From Macrostomum lignano (taxonomy: Eukaryota): a stretch of DNA of 64,000 bases. The stretch's first letter is position 1, and every line of letters starts with the position of its first letter. Location: positions 1 to 64,000 of the forward strand of contig NIVC01001974.1 in the NCBI GenBank assembly GCA_002269645.1, written 5' to 3'. The translations under genes were made by a program, and so were the position numbers. Shown one piece after another: positions 36,693-50,300 of the stretch. The notes under the pieces are model-generated. The model did no database searches. It was not told the origin of the DNA and was given only the letters and a program-made list of their open reading frames with translations.

Positions 36693-37012
36693 GCGTTATG
36701 TTTTGTCGCCCTGCAGCAAAATTTTTGCGATTTCAAAAAACGGGTCACAAAGTGCGGGGTGATGGTACAGAGTATTGGCATGTCCCCCATGTGGCGACGG
36801 CCTGCCTGCAACGTCGGATACTTTGGAGAGGGACTGGATGGGGGCTGGAGAGGGACTGGGGAGAGGTGACCACAATGGGAATTTTCACTGGATCAGGCGG
36901 CAGGCAGGACATCCTGTGAGTTGGTTCTTGCGGCACAGAGACTGTAACATGACAATGATTGAATCAGGCCGCAACCTGTGTGAGACGCAGAGATGAAGAC
37001 AATAAAGGAGAG

Positions 37013-37270
37013 ACTGGAGGCAGGACACAGCAGGGTGAGAGGCAGGACACAGCAGGGTGAGAGGCAGGACACAGCAGGGTGAGAGGCAGGACACAACAGG
37101 GTGAGAGGCAGGACACAGCAGGGTGAGAGGCAGGACACAACAGGGTGAGAGGCAGGATACAGCAGGGTGAGAGGCAGGACACAACAGGGTGAGAGGCAGG
37201 ACACAGCAGGGTGAGAGGCAGGACACAGCAGGGTGAGAGGCAGGACACAGCAGGGTGAGAGGCAGGACAC
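37013..37270. repeat. 22-mer minisatellite (GAGAGGCAGGACACAGCAGGGT)n
   Basis: About 12 units. Confidence 0.95.
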
Positions 37271-37546
37271 AAAAGTTAGCATTGGCTCATTGCACAGCCC
37301 ATGTACAATTAAAAGTGCTCAGTTGTACTTAGCATTCTGCTATCTGAAGCATATCTGCAATTCTCACCTCTAGAAGATCTTATCGCATGCAGGCGGCTGC
37401 TCTAGCCAGTTGACTCTACATGTATATTATTAAAAAGCCAAGAAAAACTTGGCTGCAGAAAAAGCAGGCAAGCAATCGACAACAGAAGAGTGCCAATCCA
37501 GAAGCAGAGAGTCAAAGTTTGTGTCAGCTGGCCGACCTGACCCGTC

Positions 37547-37885
37547 ATGAGCAAGGAGCCGCAGCCACCGCCGCCGCCCTATCAGCAGCAGCAGCAGCAG
37601 CCGCCTCCGATGGGAGCCTACCCACCCAACACTGTGATTATCACCCCTCCTACTCTATTCAGAGATTTCCCAGTCAGCATCCAGTGCCCGCACTGTCACT
37701 GCAATGTCAGCACCCAGGTGACCAAGGACACAGGAGTGCTGCCATGGATAGCCTGCGGCGGCCTGGCGTTGCTTGGCTGTTGGCTCGGCTGCTGCCTGAT
37801 CCCGTTCTGCATTGACGGACTGAAAGACGACATTCACTCGTGTCCCCAGTGCGGCAAGGTCGTCGGGCAGCACAAGAAGATTTGA
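37547..37885 (+). CDS. LITAF: LITAF/SIMPLE-like zinc-binding membrane protein (intronless, 112 aa)
   Basis: PPPY motif, CPHC...GCCLIPFC...HSCPQC domain signature. Confidence 0.93.
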   Translation: MSKEPQPPPPPYQQQQQQPPPMGAYPPNTVIITPPTLFRDFPVSIQCPHCHCNVSTQVTKDTGVLPWIACGGLALLGCWLGCCLIPFCIDGLKDDIHSCPQCGKVVGQHKKI

Positions 37886-38174
37886 TAACGCAAAAGGACT
37901 CTGATGACCTCAATCATGGATTATCTATCAACTTTTTTGTTACAGATTTTGATTGAGGATTAATTGGTGAACTTCATAGTTCCAAATTCTGATTGATTAA
38001 ATATTTTGTTCGTTCAAAATTGATTGAAAATATTCGACAGCGATCAAGCGTGGTCCGCTGCGAGAAATAAATGCGAATTACTAAATTTTGTCATGACTGA
38101 CTGAATGTTGTCATGACTCTGTGGAAAGGTGCAGTTAACGGAATATCTGGAAAATGTCTGTTGTATCTGATCCG

Positions 38175-38670
38175 TCTATATCTGGATGACGTCAGTGTTA
38201 TACCTGGATGATGTCAGTGTTATACCTGGATGATGTCAGTGTTATATCTGGATGATGTTAGGGTTATATCTGGATGATTTCAGTGTTATATCTGGATGAT
38301 GTTAGGGTTATATCTGGATGATTTCAGTGTTATATCTGGATGATGTTAGGGTTATATCTGGATGATGTCAGTGTTATATCTGGATGATGTCAGTGTTATA
38401 TCTGGATGATGTCAGTGTTATATCTGGATGATGCCAGTGTTATATCTGGATGATGTCAGTGTTATATCTGGATGATGTCAGTGTTATATCTGGATGATGC
38501 CAGTGTTATATCTGGATGATGTCAGTGTTATATCTGGATGATGTCTGTGTTATATCTGGATGATGTCTGTGTTATATCTGGATGATGTCAGTGTTATTTC
38601 TGGATGATGTCAGTGTTATATCTGGATGATGTCTGTGTTATATCTGGATGATGCTAGGGTTATATCTAGA
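38175..38670. repeat. 22-mer minisatellite (GTTATATCTGGATGATGTCAGT)n
   Basis: About 22 units between the two LITAF genes. Confidence 0.95.
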
Positions 38671-38855
38671 TCTATATTACAGCTGGAAAATGCCTGTGCT
38701 ATAAATAGATGTCAGTTTGATAGTCGGAAGATATCAGTGAAATCTCTGGGGTGTCAGTGAATTCTATCAAGCTCTAGGAGGTAGGCAATTATTGATTAGG
38801 GGCCAATATTTAATTGCATGCTGCATGTGACTCTATTATAAACTTTGACGTCAAC

Positions 38856-38869
38856 GTTGCTATGGTGAC
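38856..38869. promoter_or_regulatory. Candidate RFX X-box (GTTGCTATGGTGAC) upstream of LITAF-2
   Basis: Match to the X-box consensus about 290 bp before the ATG; TATATAA at 39074-39080. Motif match only. Confidence 0.35.
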
Positions 38870-39158
38870 ACGATAGAGCAATTATTATAATAATTATCCA
38901 ACTACACTAAATCTAGATTATACTTGATTGCCTATCCAGCTATATTCACATGCGCAGGAATGGCGAACTTCTATCTAAACTCGATCGTTTCTAAGCAATA
39001 GCTGGAGCCCTTATCTCTCTATGTACTCCTATGCGTCACGGCGGGGAGGGTTGTCAGTGAAGCCAGTTAACAGTATATAATACTGTAGCGGTTGCCGCTG
39101 CTCAAGTCGGACCTCAAGTTCAAACAGATTACAGTAATTGGAAAGCTATAGGCCAACC

Positions 39159-39541
39159 ATGAGTCAACCAGGTGAACCCGTTGTGCAGCAGCAGCCGCCG
39201 CCTGCCTACCCGATGCCGCCGCCGCAGCAGGGTGGCTACCCGCCACCTCCGCAGGGTTACCCTCCCGGTCCGGGCGGCTACCCCGGAGTCGTCACGGTTC
39301 CCCGCCGGTGGTCTTCCGGGAATTACCTGTGACAATGACTTGTCCACACTGTCACGCCAGCATCAGCACACAGGTAACCATGGATACGGGCCTGTTGCCT
39401 TGGCTAATCTGCGGCGGCCTGTGCCTATTCGGCTGCTGGCTGGGCTGCTGCCTGATCCCATTCTGCATGGACGGCGTCAAGGACGCGATCCACACCTGTC
39501 CGCAGTGCCGAAAGGTGGTCGGGCACTACAAAAGAATTTGA
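39159..39541 (+). CDS. LITAF: Second LITAF-like gene, one-base frameshift at the C-run 39300-39303
   Basis: MSQPGEPVVQQQPPPAY... joins VVFRELPVTMTCPHC...GCCLIPFC...HTCPQC if one C is added. Confidence 0.88.
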
Positions 39542-39769
39542 TTGCTGCAGGGCTCTGCCGCGGAGCAAGACTTTATAATCAGTGTTTTATGATTTCTCTT
39601 TACTAAATTTTTCCAAATAAACAGATATAGATCAACAGAATCAACTAATTAACGGCACCACATGCAGATGAATAAGCGCCTTCATCCTTTTAATTTCTAA
39701 GAATTGCAACACCGCATTCTTTTACTACTTTTATGCTATGCGATAGACAATCTCTATGCGAATTAGTAA

Positions 39770-40300
39770 GTGCAGGGAGCGACACAAGTGCAGGGAGTGA
39801 CACACAAGTGTAGGGAGTGACACAAGTGCAGGGAGCGACACAAGTGCAGGGAGTGACACACAAGTGTAGGGAGTGACACAAGTGCAGGGAGTGACAAAAG
39901 TGCAGGGAGTGACACACCAGTGCAGAGAGTGACACACACCAGTTCAGGGAGTGACACACACAAGTGCAGGGAGTGACCCACACCAGTGAAGGGAGTGACA
40001 CAAGTGCAGGGAGTGAAACACACCAGTGCAGGGAGTGACACACACCAGTGCAGAGTGACACACACACAAACACCAGTGCAGGGAGTAACCCAAACTAGTA
40101 CAGGGAGTGACACACATCAGTGCAGAGTGACACACACACACACATACACACCAGTGCAGGGAGTGACCCAAACTAGTGCAGAGTGACACACACACACACA
40201 TACACACCAGTGCAGGGAGTGACACACAGTGCAGAGTGACACACACACACACATACGCACCAGTGCAGTGAGTGACCCACACCAGTGCTGGGAGTGGCAC
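39770..40300. repeat. 18-22-mer minisatellite (GACACAAGTGCAGGGAGT)n with CA runs
   Basis: Direct periodicity. Confidence 0.9.
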
Positions 40301-40669
40301 ACAATGTGCAATTAGCCACACCCCAAAGCGAGCAAAAGCTGGAGTTAGTCAGAAAATCTCAGCCAAGCGTCGTGAGCGAGGTTGGCTGTTAGCAACCAGT
40401 GGTATCTACTGTCAACATATGGCAAATCAATGCGCAGATAAGACTGTAAGAGACGTTGATAATGAATTTAGTCCCTCACAGCTATGGAATCGCTTCATTA
40501 GTTTTTATCGGTGCACAGCACGAGGCTAAATTTCGAAAAAAGGTCTTCTGAGTCGTGCGTGTGCGCAGAAAGCAAAGCCGTACTGAATTGCTTGATGTAA
40601 AACGCATTCAAACAAATAATTAATTGCGAAAGTCTTCTTTAACACGAGTAACTACCGATAGAAGTCTCA

Positions 40670-41070
40670 CCCATAACTAAGAGAATATCCATGATACTTA
40701 CCCATAGACAGGGGAATATCCAACATATCTCACTCATAGACTAGAGAATATCCAAGATATCTCACCCATAGCTAAGAGAATATCCAAGATACCTACCCAT
40801 AGACAGGGGAATATCCAACATATCTCACTCATAGACTAGAGAATATCCAAGATATCTCACCCATTGATAAGAGAATATCGAAGATATCTCACCCATAGCT
40901 AAGAGAATATCCAAGATACCTACCCATAGACAGAGGAATATCCAACATATCTCACTCATAGACTAGAGAATATCTGAGATACCCCACCCATAGATAGGAG
41001 AATATCCAAGATACCTTCTTACTAATAGACAAGATAATATGCAATATATCCTACCCATAGACGAGAGATA
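40670..41070. repeat. About 31-bp minisatellite (CCCATAGAC..AGAATATCCAAGATATCTCA)
   Basis: About 12 degenerate units. Confidence 0.85.
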
Positions 41071-41509
41071 ATCTACAAATTGAAAAGACAAATGAAAGGA
41101 CAAAATAAAATTTGCACAAACTCTTCACAAAAAGCAGCGATCTCAGCGAGAATCGGAATGAAACCCGGCAACAGGAAAAAGCACTCGCTAAGAATTGGGT
41201 GCATCTTTTTAATTGGAAACAAAAAAAGAAAGAGATATTGATTTATAATCATAGAAATAATGTCGTATTGATCGAATAGGCCCGGTGCAGTTAAGGGAAA
41301 ATTTATGATGCAGTGAAATTAATAATAAGTTTTGAAGCTGCAGTTATACATTAAAAGTAACTTGAAGCTTTGCGTTAAAACTTACGAGTAAGTTCAATTT
41401 TTTTAAAGTACTCAGACGGCAGAAAAACAAAAGTACAAACAGTTATAATTAAAATCGATGAAGTGACCTTCAGTTACATTTTTGATTAACGTATGGATGA
41501 GGTTGGGGC

Positions 41510-42260
41510 AGAGGGGAGAGAGGGTGAGACAGAGGGGAGATGTGAGACGGGGGGATGAGACAGGGGAGAGAGGGTGAGACAGAGAGGGGAGGTGAGACAG
41601 AGAGGGGAGGTGAGACAGGGGGATGAGACAGGGGAGAGAGGATGAGACAGAGAGGGGAGGTGAGACAGGGGATAAGACAGGGGAGAGAGGGTGAGACAGA
41701 GAGGGGAGGTGAGACAGAGGGATGAGACAGGGGAGAGAGGGTGAGACAGAGAGGGGAGGTGAGACAGGGGATAAGACAGGGGAGAGAGGGTGAGACAGAG
41801 AGGGGAGGTGAGACAGGGGGATGAGACAGGGGAGAGAGGGTGAGACAGGGGAGAGAGGGTGAGACAAAGGAGAGAGGGGGAGACAGGGGAGAGAGGGTGA
41901 GACAGAGAGGGGAGGGGAGACAGGGGAGAGAGTGTGAGACAGAGAGGGGAGGGGAGACAGGGGAGAGAGGGTGAGACAGAGAGGGGAAGGGAGACAGGGG
42001 GATGAGACAGGGGAGAGAGGGTGAGACAGAGGGGAGGTGAGACGGGGGGATGAGACAGGGGAGAGAGGGTGAGACAGAGAGGGGAGGGGAGACAGGGGAG
42101 AGAGGGTGAGACAGAGAGGGGAGGGGAGACAGGGGAGAGAGGGTGAAACAGAGAGGGGAGGGGAGACAGGGGAGAGAGGGTGAGACAGAGAGGGGAGGGG
42201 AGACAGGGAGAGAGGGTGAGAAAGAGAGGGGAGACGAGACAGGGGAGAGAGGGTGAGACA
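41510..42260. repeat. Purine-rich 18/19-mer minisatellite (GAGACAGGGGAGAGAGGGT)
   Basis: Alternating units with G3-G5 runs. Confidence 0.93.
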
Positions 42261-43199
42261 CCGTGGTTTGAAAATAGATGGACGAACAAAAGCAAAAGCA
42301 AGCAAGCAAGCCAGACAATACATAGAAGCAAATAGTTGGAGACCAAAAACAAGAAGAGAACAGACGTGGATACAGAGCAAAGTAGACATAAACAGTAGTT
42401 TAATAATAAAAAAACAATATAGAAAAACCTTCGAATGAAAATGGAGCCGAAAAATCAACTGGGCCTTTCGATGTGACAACTTAATTAATGACCTATTAAA
42501 ATGATGCCAAAAAATATGGACAAAACTTTCGTTAGCCGAATAAAATATCCATAAAGTGTCGCCATGGTAACAGTAATTTCGGCGTTTGGTTAATAAAAAC
42601 AAAAAATAACCAAGCCAGAAAATGGTTAGCAAATAAAATTGATCAAGAGAAACACAATATAAACACGAGGAAAAATTGACATACTACTGTTCACATAAAA
42701 CTGTATCAGTAGTACTAATAGTGAACTAAATAAAGCCATGGAATATGCTGGAAAATTTAAGAAAAATGAAGTTAAGTGAAACACAAATAAGGAATGATGA
42801 TATTTTTTTTGTTTAAATTCTAAAATTGTCAGAAAAAACAAAGAAAAGCGCGCTAGAAGCTACTTATCAGCCGGGACAAATGATTTAGTAGTATGATGCG
42901 CCTATTTCAGGTTAGACGGATTTTCAAAACTCCAGAAACATTGGAAGAGACAAGGACACAATTACAAGGACAACAACGGCAACAACTGGATTTGAAACGC
43001 CTTTAGAATTGAAACGATAATAAATGTGTGGACATTGGACAGTTGTCAACTGTGGAGCGCTAGATTGTTAGTGCCTGTTAAATCAAACTTTTTAAACTGC
43101 TCGAATTCTTTTCAAACGCGATAACATGCACTACAGAGAACAGTGGGAATTGATAGGGAGAGGCGAGACATAGAGGTGAAACGTATGTAGAGGTGAGAG

Positions 43200-43510
43200 G
43201 GAAAGGTGGGATGGGGAGGTGAGATGGGGAGGTGAGATGGAGGGCTGAGAGAGATGTGGAGGTGAGATGGAGGGCTGAGAGAGATGGGGAGGTGAGATGG
43301 AGGGCTGAGAGAGATGGGGAGGTGAGATGGAGGGCTGAGAGAGATGGGGAGGTGAGATGGAGGGCTGAGAGAGATAGGGAGGTGAAATGGAGAGCTGAGA
43401 GTCAGGGAGGTGAGATGAGGTGAGATCGAGAGCTGAGAGTCAGGGAGGTGAGATGAGGAGGTGAGATAAAGAGCTGAGAGACAAGGAGAGGAGATGAGGA
43501 GGTGAGAGAT
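43200..43510. repeat. 30-mer purine-rich minisatellite (GAGGTGAGATGGAGGGCTGAGAGAGATGGG)
   Basis: Direct periodicity downstream of the ELAPOR stop. Confidence 0.88.
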
Positions 43511-43656
43511 GCAGAGGGGAGTTGGAGAAGTGGATAGGGATGACCAACTGGCCTATTCAATGGCTGTATATCAAAGACCAACCATTGCAAGAACCAACCC
43601 AACACTCGAACAGCAAAGCTAGACTTCATCAGCGCGTCTCATCAACAATAGCGATA

Positions 43657-44073
43657 TCACAGGCTCAGATCGTCCATCTGCTCTGTGAGATTCAGATGCT
43701 CCACGTTGCTGCCGCCGCCGCGATCGCGCCTGCCGCCGGCTGACGGCAAGATGGACCGCTTGAGCTTGGACAGCACGGCCGAGCCGCCTGCGCCACCTCC
43801 ACCGGATCGTCGACCACCCCGAACCGACACGTCCAGCTCGCCGTCGTCGTTGCCGGCGCCCCTGAACCGGTTGTCATCGTCGTCTTCGTCGTCGCCTTCG
43901 TTAACGGCGCAGGATTCTACGCCGGGCAGCTCGCCCTCCTTGGACTCCACCAACTGCATGTACTTGTATTGGAGGCTGCGGGAGGGAGGGGAATTGCGAC
44001 TGCTGTAGGGCTGGGAATGACAGGCGGAGAGACAGACAGACAGTAAGACAGACAGACAGACAGACAGACAGTA

Positions 44074-44112
<39 letters not shown>

Positions 44113-44287
44113 TAGACAGACAGACAGTAAGACAGACAGACAGTAAGACAGACAGACAGACAGACAGACAGAAAGACAGTAAGACAGACAGACAGACAGA
44201 AAGACAGAAAGACAGTAAGACAGACAGAAAGACAGAAAGACAGACAGACAGACAGAAAGACAGAAAGACAGACAGACACTAAGACAC

Positions 44288-44341
<54 letters not shown>

Positions 44342-47300
44342 GTCACAGACAGACAGGCAGAGACAGAACTCACGTCTTATTCTTTCTGTAGCAGTGGCAG
44401 GCCAGGGCCAGAGACAAGAAGCCGATGAACAGCACGACAACCATAACAATGCCAACCGGCTTGTTCACCAGCGGACAGTCCACAACCTGCGTCTTTTTCG
44501 TTGGCTCTCCGCCAGGCAGGTAGCAGCGCCTGAAGTGCGGGCATTGGGAAGTATTGAAACGCAGATAGGGTTAAAAATTAATAGGTAAGAGAGGTGAGAG
44601 GGAGAGGCAAGTGGGAGGTGTGTGATAAAGGTGAGGAGCTGATAAGGCATATGAGGAATCTCATTAATACAGAGCCACAGTGCTTATTGCAATCAATCAG
44701 ACTCACTTTGGCGGGTACATGTGTACAGTCTGCTTGCCCATGACGCACTCTCCGTTCACCCTTTCGTAGTCCTTAGTCTGGCACAGTTTGCAGGCCTCCT
44801 TGGCCTCCATTAGCAGGTGAAAATTGCAGCCGTCGCAGGTGCCGTCGGGACAATTTGGCGGCAGGCTGAGGAGCGGAGTGGCGGCCTTGGGATCGCAGCG
44901 CAGAGTTACCAAGGTGACGCGGTGCTTGGAGCAGACCTGGATTGGATTGCAATTGTTTTTAGTTAATTATTATAAACTTCGGAAAAAGAACCAATTATCG
45001 ATCGATGGTGAGTTCCCGGAAAAAATCAATAATCGATCGATGGGGAACTTCAGGAAAAGAATAAATTATCGATCGATGGTGAGTTCCCGGAAAAATCAAT
45101 AATCGATCGATAAGAAACTTCCGGAAAAATCAAGAAACGATCGATGGAAACTTCCAAAAGAATAAAATTATCGATCGATGAGGAATTTCCGGAAAAATCA
45201 ATAATCGATCGATGAGGAACTTAATAGAAAAACATCAAATAAATGCATGAAAAATAGGAGAAAATCAAAGAATCAAAAAGAAACCAGCAACAAGTTTGTG
45301 ATCACCTCAGTAGTATAATCCGACTCAAAGAAGATGTGAGTGTCCATTTTGTCCGGATCGCTTTTCCAGCCGGACGCCTTGAGCATTGCCTCAGCGCCCG
45401 GGCTCTGCTCAGAATTGGTGGCGTTCACTAGCCGATCGGCGAAGGAGTTCGGCAGGGCGGCCAGGGTCAGACTGGAGTTGCCGTGATTCGGGACAATGGT
45501 GACGCGGCAGACAAAGGATTCAACAGATTTGTCCGCCAACTGAAAGGGGCGTAGGTTTGAACTTCTAGTTGACATTCTTGAAGATGCATGGATGTTAAGG
45601 TATATAGGAATGTGGATTTCTGTAGGTTAGAGATTTGGGACCTTGGGGTGACTCAGCACTTCTGCTCATTCCACCATTCTTTAAGATTAGGGATTGATGA
45701 TTCTAGTTTAGGGATTTGGGATTCTTGTAGATTATGGATTTTGAATTCTTGTGCATTATGGATTTGGGATTCTTGTAGATTATGGATTTGGGAATCTTGT
45801 AGATTATGGATTTGGGATTCTTGTAGATTCTGGATTTGGGAATCTTGTAAATTATGGATTTGGGATTCTTGCAGATTAGGGATTTAGGATTCTTGTAGAT
45901 TATGGATTTTGAATTCTTGTGCATTATGGATTTGGGATTTATGGATTTGGGATTTTTGCAGATTTGGGATTTGGGATTCTTGTAGATTATGGATTTTGGA
46001 TTCTTGTGCATTATGGACTTGGGAATCTTGTAAATTATGGAGTTCCCTAATTCTTGCAGATTAGGGATTTGGGATTCTTTTAGATTATGGATTTGGGATT
46101 CTTGTAAATTTGGAATTTGGGATTCTTGTAGATTAAGGATTAGGTAATCTTGAGATTTGGGATTTGGGAATCTTGAGATTTGGAATTTGGGATTCTTTTA
46201 GATTATGGATTTTGGATTCTTGTAGATTCTGGATTTTGGATTCTTGTAGATTATGGATTTTGAATTCTTGTGCATTATGGATTTGGGATTCTTGTAGATT
46301 ATGGATTTGGGAATCTTGTAGATTATGGATTTGGGATTCTTGTAGATTCTGGATTTGGGAATCTTGTAAATTATGGATTTGGGATTCTTGTAGATTATGG
46401 ATTTGGGATTCTTGTAGATTATGGATTTGGGATTCTTGTAGATTATGGATTTTGAATTCTTGTGCATTATGGATTTGGGATTCTTGTAGATTATGGATTT
46501 GGGAATCTTGTAGATTATGGATTTTGGATTCTTGTAGATTTGGGATTTGGGATTCTTGTAGATTATGGATTTGGGATTTTTGCAGATTTGGGATTTGGGA
46601 TTCTTGTAGATTATGGATTTTGGATTCTTGTGCATTATGGACTTGGGAATCTTGTAAATTATGGAGTTCCCTAATTCTTGCAGATTAGGGATTTGGGATT
46701 CTTTTAGATTAAGGATTTAGGATTCTTTTAGATTATGGATTTGGGATTCTTGTAAATTTGGAATTTGGGATTCTTGTAGATTAAGGATTAGGTAATCTTG
46801 AGATTTGGGATTTGGGAATCTTGAGATTTGGAATTTGGGATTCTTGTAGATTCTGGATTTGGGATTCTTGTAGATAATGGATTTGGGAATCTTGTAAATT
46901 ATGGATTTCGGATTCCTGCAGATTAGGGATTTGGGATTCTTGTAGATCAAGGATTTGGGATTCTTGTTGGAATTCTTGACCGACAAAATAGTTTTCTTTT
47001 TAAGACTCGGACTTTGAGAACTTTGCGAGTAATTCACAATACCTAATGACTACTCACCTTAGTAGCGTTGGACTCGCACTTAGCTTTAGTGCCAGCCGTC
47101 AGTGACACATTGTACACGTGAGTATATTGATTGCCCCGTCCAGTGAACAGTTTCGCTCCTCGAGCTAAATAATACTGACCGGACTGAGCAGGTTAGTGAA
47201 ATCGAACTCGGGACCGCCGAGGTGATCCGACTGTTTTGGTCCCTTGGGATTTAGCACGCAGGCGACGCCGTCAAGGGCTCGCATGCCGGCGGGGCAGGGA

Positions 47301-50300
47301 GCGCAGGAGTTCACGCCTTCGGCTGGGTGCTTGGCAACCACTTGGCCAGTTGGACAGGGGTAGCAGGTGATATTTTTCGAATCGTAGTACTTTCCAGCAG
47401 GACAGGGGATGCATCTGCAGTAGCAGTGGCGGTGGGTGGATGTAAATAATTTACTATGGAATATGAGAATCTGGAAGCTGAAGACCTGCGGATGTGCGAT
47501 ATGGAAACTGGGAATCGAAGGTTTGAGAATTTGGGATTTGGCAATGTGAGAATTTGGGATCTGGGAATGTGAGAATTTGGGATCTGGAAATGTGAGAATT
47601 TGGGATCTGGAAATGTGAGAATTTGGGATCTGGAAATGTGAGAATTTGGGATCTGGGATTCTGGGAATGTGAGAATTTGGGATCTGGCAATGTGAGAATT
47701 TGGGATCTGGCAATGTGAGAATTTGGGATCTGGCAATGTACGAATTTGGGATCTGGGAATGTGAGAATTTGGGATCTGGGAATGTGAGGATTTGGGATCT
47801 GGGAATATGGGAATTTGGGATCTGGGAATATGAAAATTTGGGATCTGGGAATGTGAGACTTTGGGATCTGGGAATGTGAGGATTTGGGATCTGGGAATAT
47901 GAGGATTTGGGATCTGGGAATGTTAAGATTTGGGATCTAGGAATGCGAGGATTTGGGATCTGGGAATATGAGAATTTGGGATCTGGGAATATGAGAATTT
48001 GGGATCTGGGAATATGAGAATTTGGAATCTGGGAATGCGAGGATTCGGGATCTGGGAATATGAGGATTTGGGATCTGGAATATGAAAATTTGGGATCTGG
48101 GATTTGGGAATATGAGAATTTGGGATCTGGGAATGTGAGGATTTGGGATCTGGAAATATGAGGATTTGGGATCTGGGAATGTGAGAATTTGGGATCTGGG
48201 AACCGAAGATTTGGGACCTTAGAATGTGAGGATTTAGGATCTGGGAATGAGGATCTTGGAGCTGGAAACTGAGGATTTAGGATCTGGGGGAATTTTAAGA
48301 TCTGGGATCTGGGAATGTTAAGATTTGAGATTTGGGAATGTGAGGATTTGGGATCTAGGAATGCGAGGATTCGGGATCTGGGAACTGTGAATTTGAGATC
48401 TGGGGACTGTGGATTTGGGATCTGGGGACTGTGGATTTGGGATTTGGGAACTGTGAATTTGAGATCTGGGGACTGTGGATTTGGGATCTGGGAACTGTGG
48501 GTTTAAGATATGGGATCGGGGAACTTGGTAAGTGAGGATGTGGCATTCAGAATTTGACGATTTAGAAATTTACTCACTTATTGCCCTGAATGCCCAGAGG
48601 GCAGGCCTGACATCTAACTCCTCCGCTGCCAAGAGCATTGGGCGCCCTCACACTGTACACAGTGAGCACATTGCGCGACCAGTCTACACTTTCGCCGGTT
48701 GACGCAGCCGAACCAGCAGCGCTTTCATTGTCTTCAATAAATGGGGCCGGCTCGAAGATTAGGAAAAATTTGTGACGATCAGTTCGGCGGATTATGTACC
48801 TGGGAATTGCGTGGATTTAGGGTGATGCCATGTACGTAAGTACGTAGGATGTACATACGTGTAAGTACATGATAGATAGGATGTACATCGGTTTGTGGAT
48901 TCTTCTGTTGTATCTTATTCAATATTCAACTTACTTGAATTGCGATCTTTTCTGCGACCCAGCCCAGGTCTTGATTTCCACGTGACGACGACTCTCGTAC
49001 TGAATATAGAATAGTTTGATTTTATATAATATGACGCTGATAATACTGAGTGAAAAAGATCTAAGAGGCTTTACTTAGGATTGATGGTTTGAGCTAGTCC
49101 TAGAGAATTAGCATAGTTTGTGACTTCACCCGGCAAAAGGTGATGGTTTTAGTGGCCTAGCAACTGAGAATCTGGGAGGCTGGCCCAGCAACTGAGGATG
49201 TGGGAGGCTGGCCCAGCAACTGAGGACCTGGGAGGCTGGCCCAGCAACTGAGGATCTGGGAGGCTGGCCCAGCAACTGAGGATCTGGGAGGCTGGCCCAG
49301 CAACTGACACTCTGGGAGGCTGGCCCAGCAACTGAGGATGTGGGAGGCTGGCCTAGCAACTGAGGACCTGGGAGGCTGGCCCAGCAACTGAGGATCTGGG
49401 AGGCTGGCCCAGCAACTGAGGATGTGGGAGGCTGGCCCAGCAACTGAGGATCTGGGAGGCTGGCCCAGCAACTGACACTCTGGGAGGCTGGCCCAGCAAC
49501 TGAGGATCTGGGAGGCTGGCCCAGCAACTGACACTCTGAGAGGCAGGCCCAGCAACTGACACTCTGGGAGGCTGGCCCAGCAACTGAGGATCTGGGAGGC
49601 TGGCCCAGCAACTGAGGATCTGGGAGGCTGGCCCAGCAACTGACACTCTGAGAGGCTGGCCCAGCAACTGAGGATCTGGGAGGCTGGCCCAGCAACTGAC
49701 ACTCTGAGAGGCTGGCCCAGCAACTGAGGATCTGGAAGGGTGGCCCAGCAACTGACACTCTGGGAGGCTGGCCCAGCAACTGAGGATCTGGGAGGCTGGC
49801 CCAGCAACTGACACTCTGAGAGGCTGGCCCAGCAACTGAGGATCTGGGAGGCTGGCCTAGCAACTGAGGATCTGGGAGGCTGGCCCAGCAACTGAGGATG
49901 TGGGAGGCTGGCCCAGCAACTGACACTTTGGGAGGCTGGCCCAGCAACTGAGGATGTGGGAGGCTGGCCCAGCAACTGAGGACCTGGGAGGCTGGCCCAG
50001 CAACTGAGGATCTGGGAGGCTGGCCCAGCAACTGACACTCTGGGAGGCTGGCCCAGCAACTGACACTCTGGGAGGCTGGCCCAGCAACTGACACTCTGGG
50101 AGGCAGGCCCAGCAACTGACACTCTGGGAGGCTGGCCCAGCAACTGAGGATCTGGGAGGCTGGCCCAGCAACTGAGGATCTGGGAGGCTGGCCCAGCAAC
50201 TGACACTCTGGGAGGCTGGCCAAGCAACTGAGGATCTGGGAGGCTGGCCCAGCAACTGACACTCTGAGAGGCTGGCCCAGCAACTGAGGATCTGGGAGGC

